The position numbers were made by a program, and so were the translations under genes. This document shows, piece by piece, positions 62,752-64,000 of a stretch of 64,000 bases of DNA. Every line of letters starts with the position of its first letter. The stretch's first letter is position 1. The notes under the pieces are model-generated. The model ran no database searches and was not told the DNA's origin. It saw nothing but the letters and a program-made list of their open reading frames with translations. This stretch comes from an uncultured Chloroflexia bacterium (GTDB lineage Bacteria > Chloroflexota > Limnocylindria > QHBO01), in the NCBI GenBank assembly GCA_963720505.1, contig CAVRFT010000002.1, positions 16,121 to 80,120 of the forward strand, written 5' to 3'.

Positions 62752-63441
62752 ATGCTCCACACCGTCAAGACGGTCGTCCTCGCTTGCGCTCATGCAGCCC
62801 TGGTTGCCGGCTGCGCCACCCCTGACGGGACCGATACGACCCAGCCCACGCGCATCCGGCTCGCCCTCCGGATCTGCGGACGCCAGCGAACCGGCCGATG
62901 GCGTGAGCGAGCTGCGCTCAACGACCGAGCCGCTGCCGGCCGGCGACTACATGCGCGCATCGTTCACGCCGCCCACCACCTTCACGCTCACCGAGGGCTG
63001 GCGCGCGGTTCAGCTGTTCGATGGCTTCTTCGACGTGCAGCAGAAGGTCGGCAGTCCCGAACGTCATCGCCGTGCAATTCGCCCGACCGTCCACGGTCTA
63101 CGGCGCGGCGGCCAGGGCGTGGAACCGGCCACTGCGGCCGAGGCGGCGGAAGCGCTGCGGCAGCAACGAGGCGTTCGAGGTCTTCGGCGACAGTGAAGCA
63201 CAGGTCGGCGGCATGGATGGCCGCGTGATCGAGATCGAGAACGCCGGCGATGCGCACGCCACGGTGATGGTCGTGCCGCCCGGGTCCGCTGGGGATCGAT
63301 CCCGGTCGACGGCTGTGGGTCGCCTTCCTGGACACGCCGGACGGGCTGATGGCGGTCATGGTCGGCGGCTCGGTGGCGGAGTGGCAGGAGGCCATGGACG
63401 CAGCCGAGCCCGTGCTCGAGTCGATCCATATCGGCTCCTGA
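62752..63441 (+). CDS. Putative lipoprotein; several frameshifts
   Basis: LVAGC lipobox, S/P linker, domain ending AEPVLESIHIGS. Confidence 0.65.
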
Positions 63442-63542
63442 TTTCGCACCGGGGCTGGTGCCTGCACCCATCGGCCCTAGGCTGGGACGCAGCCATTCAG
63501 AACGGTGCGTCAATGCGCGCCGGTGGCACCGAGGAGACCCAG

Positions 63543-63929
63543 ATGGACGAGCATCCAAACGTGGCGGTGCTGCGCCGCCTGAGCGACGCCATGAACAGCG
63601 GAACCGATCTCGAGGCCGCGGTTGCAGACCTCATTGCCGATGACATCGAGTGGCACGAGATCGGGCGATCCGAGCCCACGGTGGGCAAGGAAGCCCTGCG
63701 CGAGCGGTATCAGCAGGCGATGGGCACGTTCGAGATCAAGGCCGACGAGCACGATACGCTCGCGAACGACACGCACGCCGTGCAGCTGATGAACGTCACC
63801 GCCACCAAGGACGGACGCACGCTCCAGTACCGGACGGCCGAGATCTATCACCTGAAGGACGGCAAGATCACCGCCCGCTGGGCATTCTCGGACGACACCG
63901 CCCGGATCCTGGAGTTCTTCGGCAGCTAG
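63543..63929 (+). CDS. NTF2/SnoaL-like protein
   Basis: GAGGAG SD; HPNVAVLRR..IADDIEWH..GKEA..YHLKDGKITARW. Confidence 0.88.
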   Translation: MDEHPNVAVLRRLSDAMNSGTDLEAAVADLIADDIEWHEIGRSEPTVGKEALRERYQQAMGTFEIKADEHDTLANDTHAVQLMNVTATKDGRTLQYRTAEIYHLKDGKITARWAFSDDTARILEFFGS

Positions 63930-64000
63930 TCCCGACTAGGACTCCGCCGCGTACTCCTGGGAATGGTCGCCGCGATCGATCTCAAGGGTGCGCTGCCAGA

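Noticed and set aside
23-63441. Programmed frameshifting or mass pseudogenisation to explain the many split genes
   Set aside because: The shifts are scattered single-base indels, many in G/C runs, with no slippery-site pattern. Typical of long-read consensus error.
1-64000. tRNA, rRNA, tmRNA or prophage
   Set aside because: No cloverleaf, rRNA-like segment, integrase or phage structural gene was recognisable.

Overview
High-GC bacterial chromosomal window, probably Chloroflexota. This is an inference from the coiled-coil/cyclase/STAND/TPR proteins, PDTA-type sorting signals, a DarA paralog and an F420-type nitroreductase. It holds about 60 genes, mostly accessory, plus one clear housekeeping gene (typA). 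Many genes are split by single-base indels that look like long-read consensus errors, so I report the reconstructed gene spans and some ends are approximate. Protein content: six class III nucleotide cyclases (three cyclase-STAND-TPR), two STAND-LuxR regulators, a c-di-AMP receptor-like PII protein, a badly damaged ABC exporter, a cell-envelope glycosylation/pyruvylation cluster, MenA, an Aas-like acyl-transfer enzyme, vapBC, a RIO1-family kinase, an ECF sigma/anti-sigma pair and many small secreted proteins. No rRNA, tRNA, CRISPR array or transposase was seen. The strongest unexplained signals are non-coding. (1) A four-segment attenuator with a Gly-Pro-Pro-Gly leader peptide sits in front of the RIO kinase. 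(2) A family of about 145-bp nested palindromic intergenic elements has three copies plus two look-alikes. (3) A duplicated 150-bp promoter-plus-N-terminus cassette drives two unrelated secreted proteins, and its core motif recurs 29 kb away next to a second STAND-LuxR regulator.
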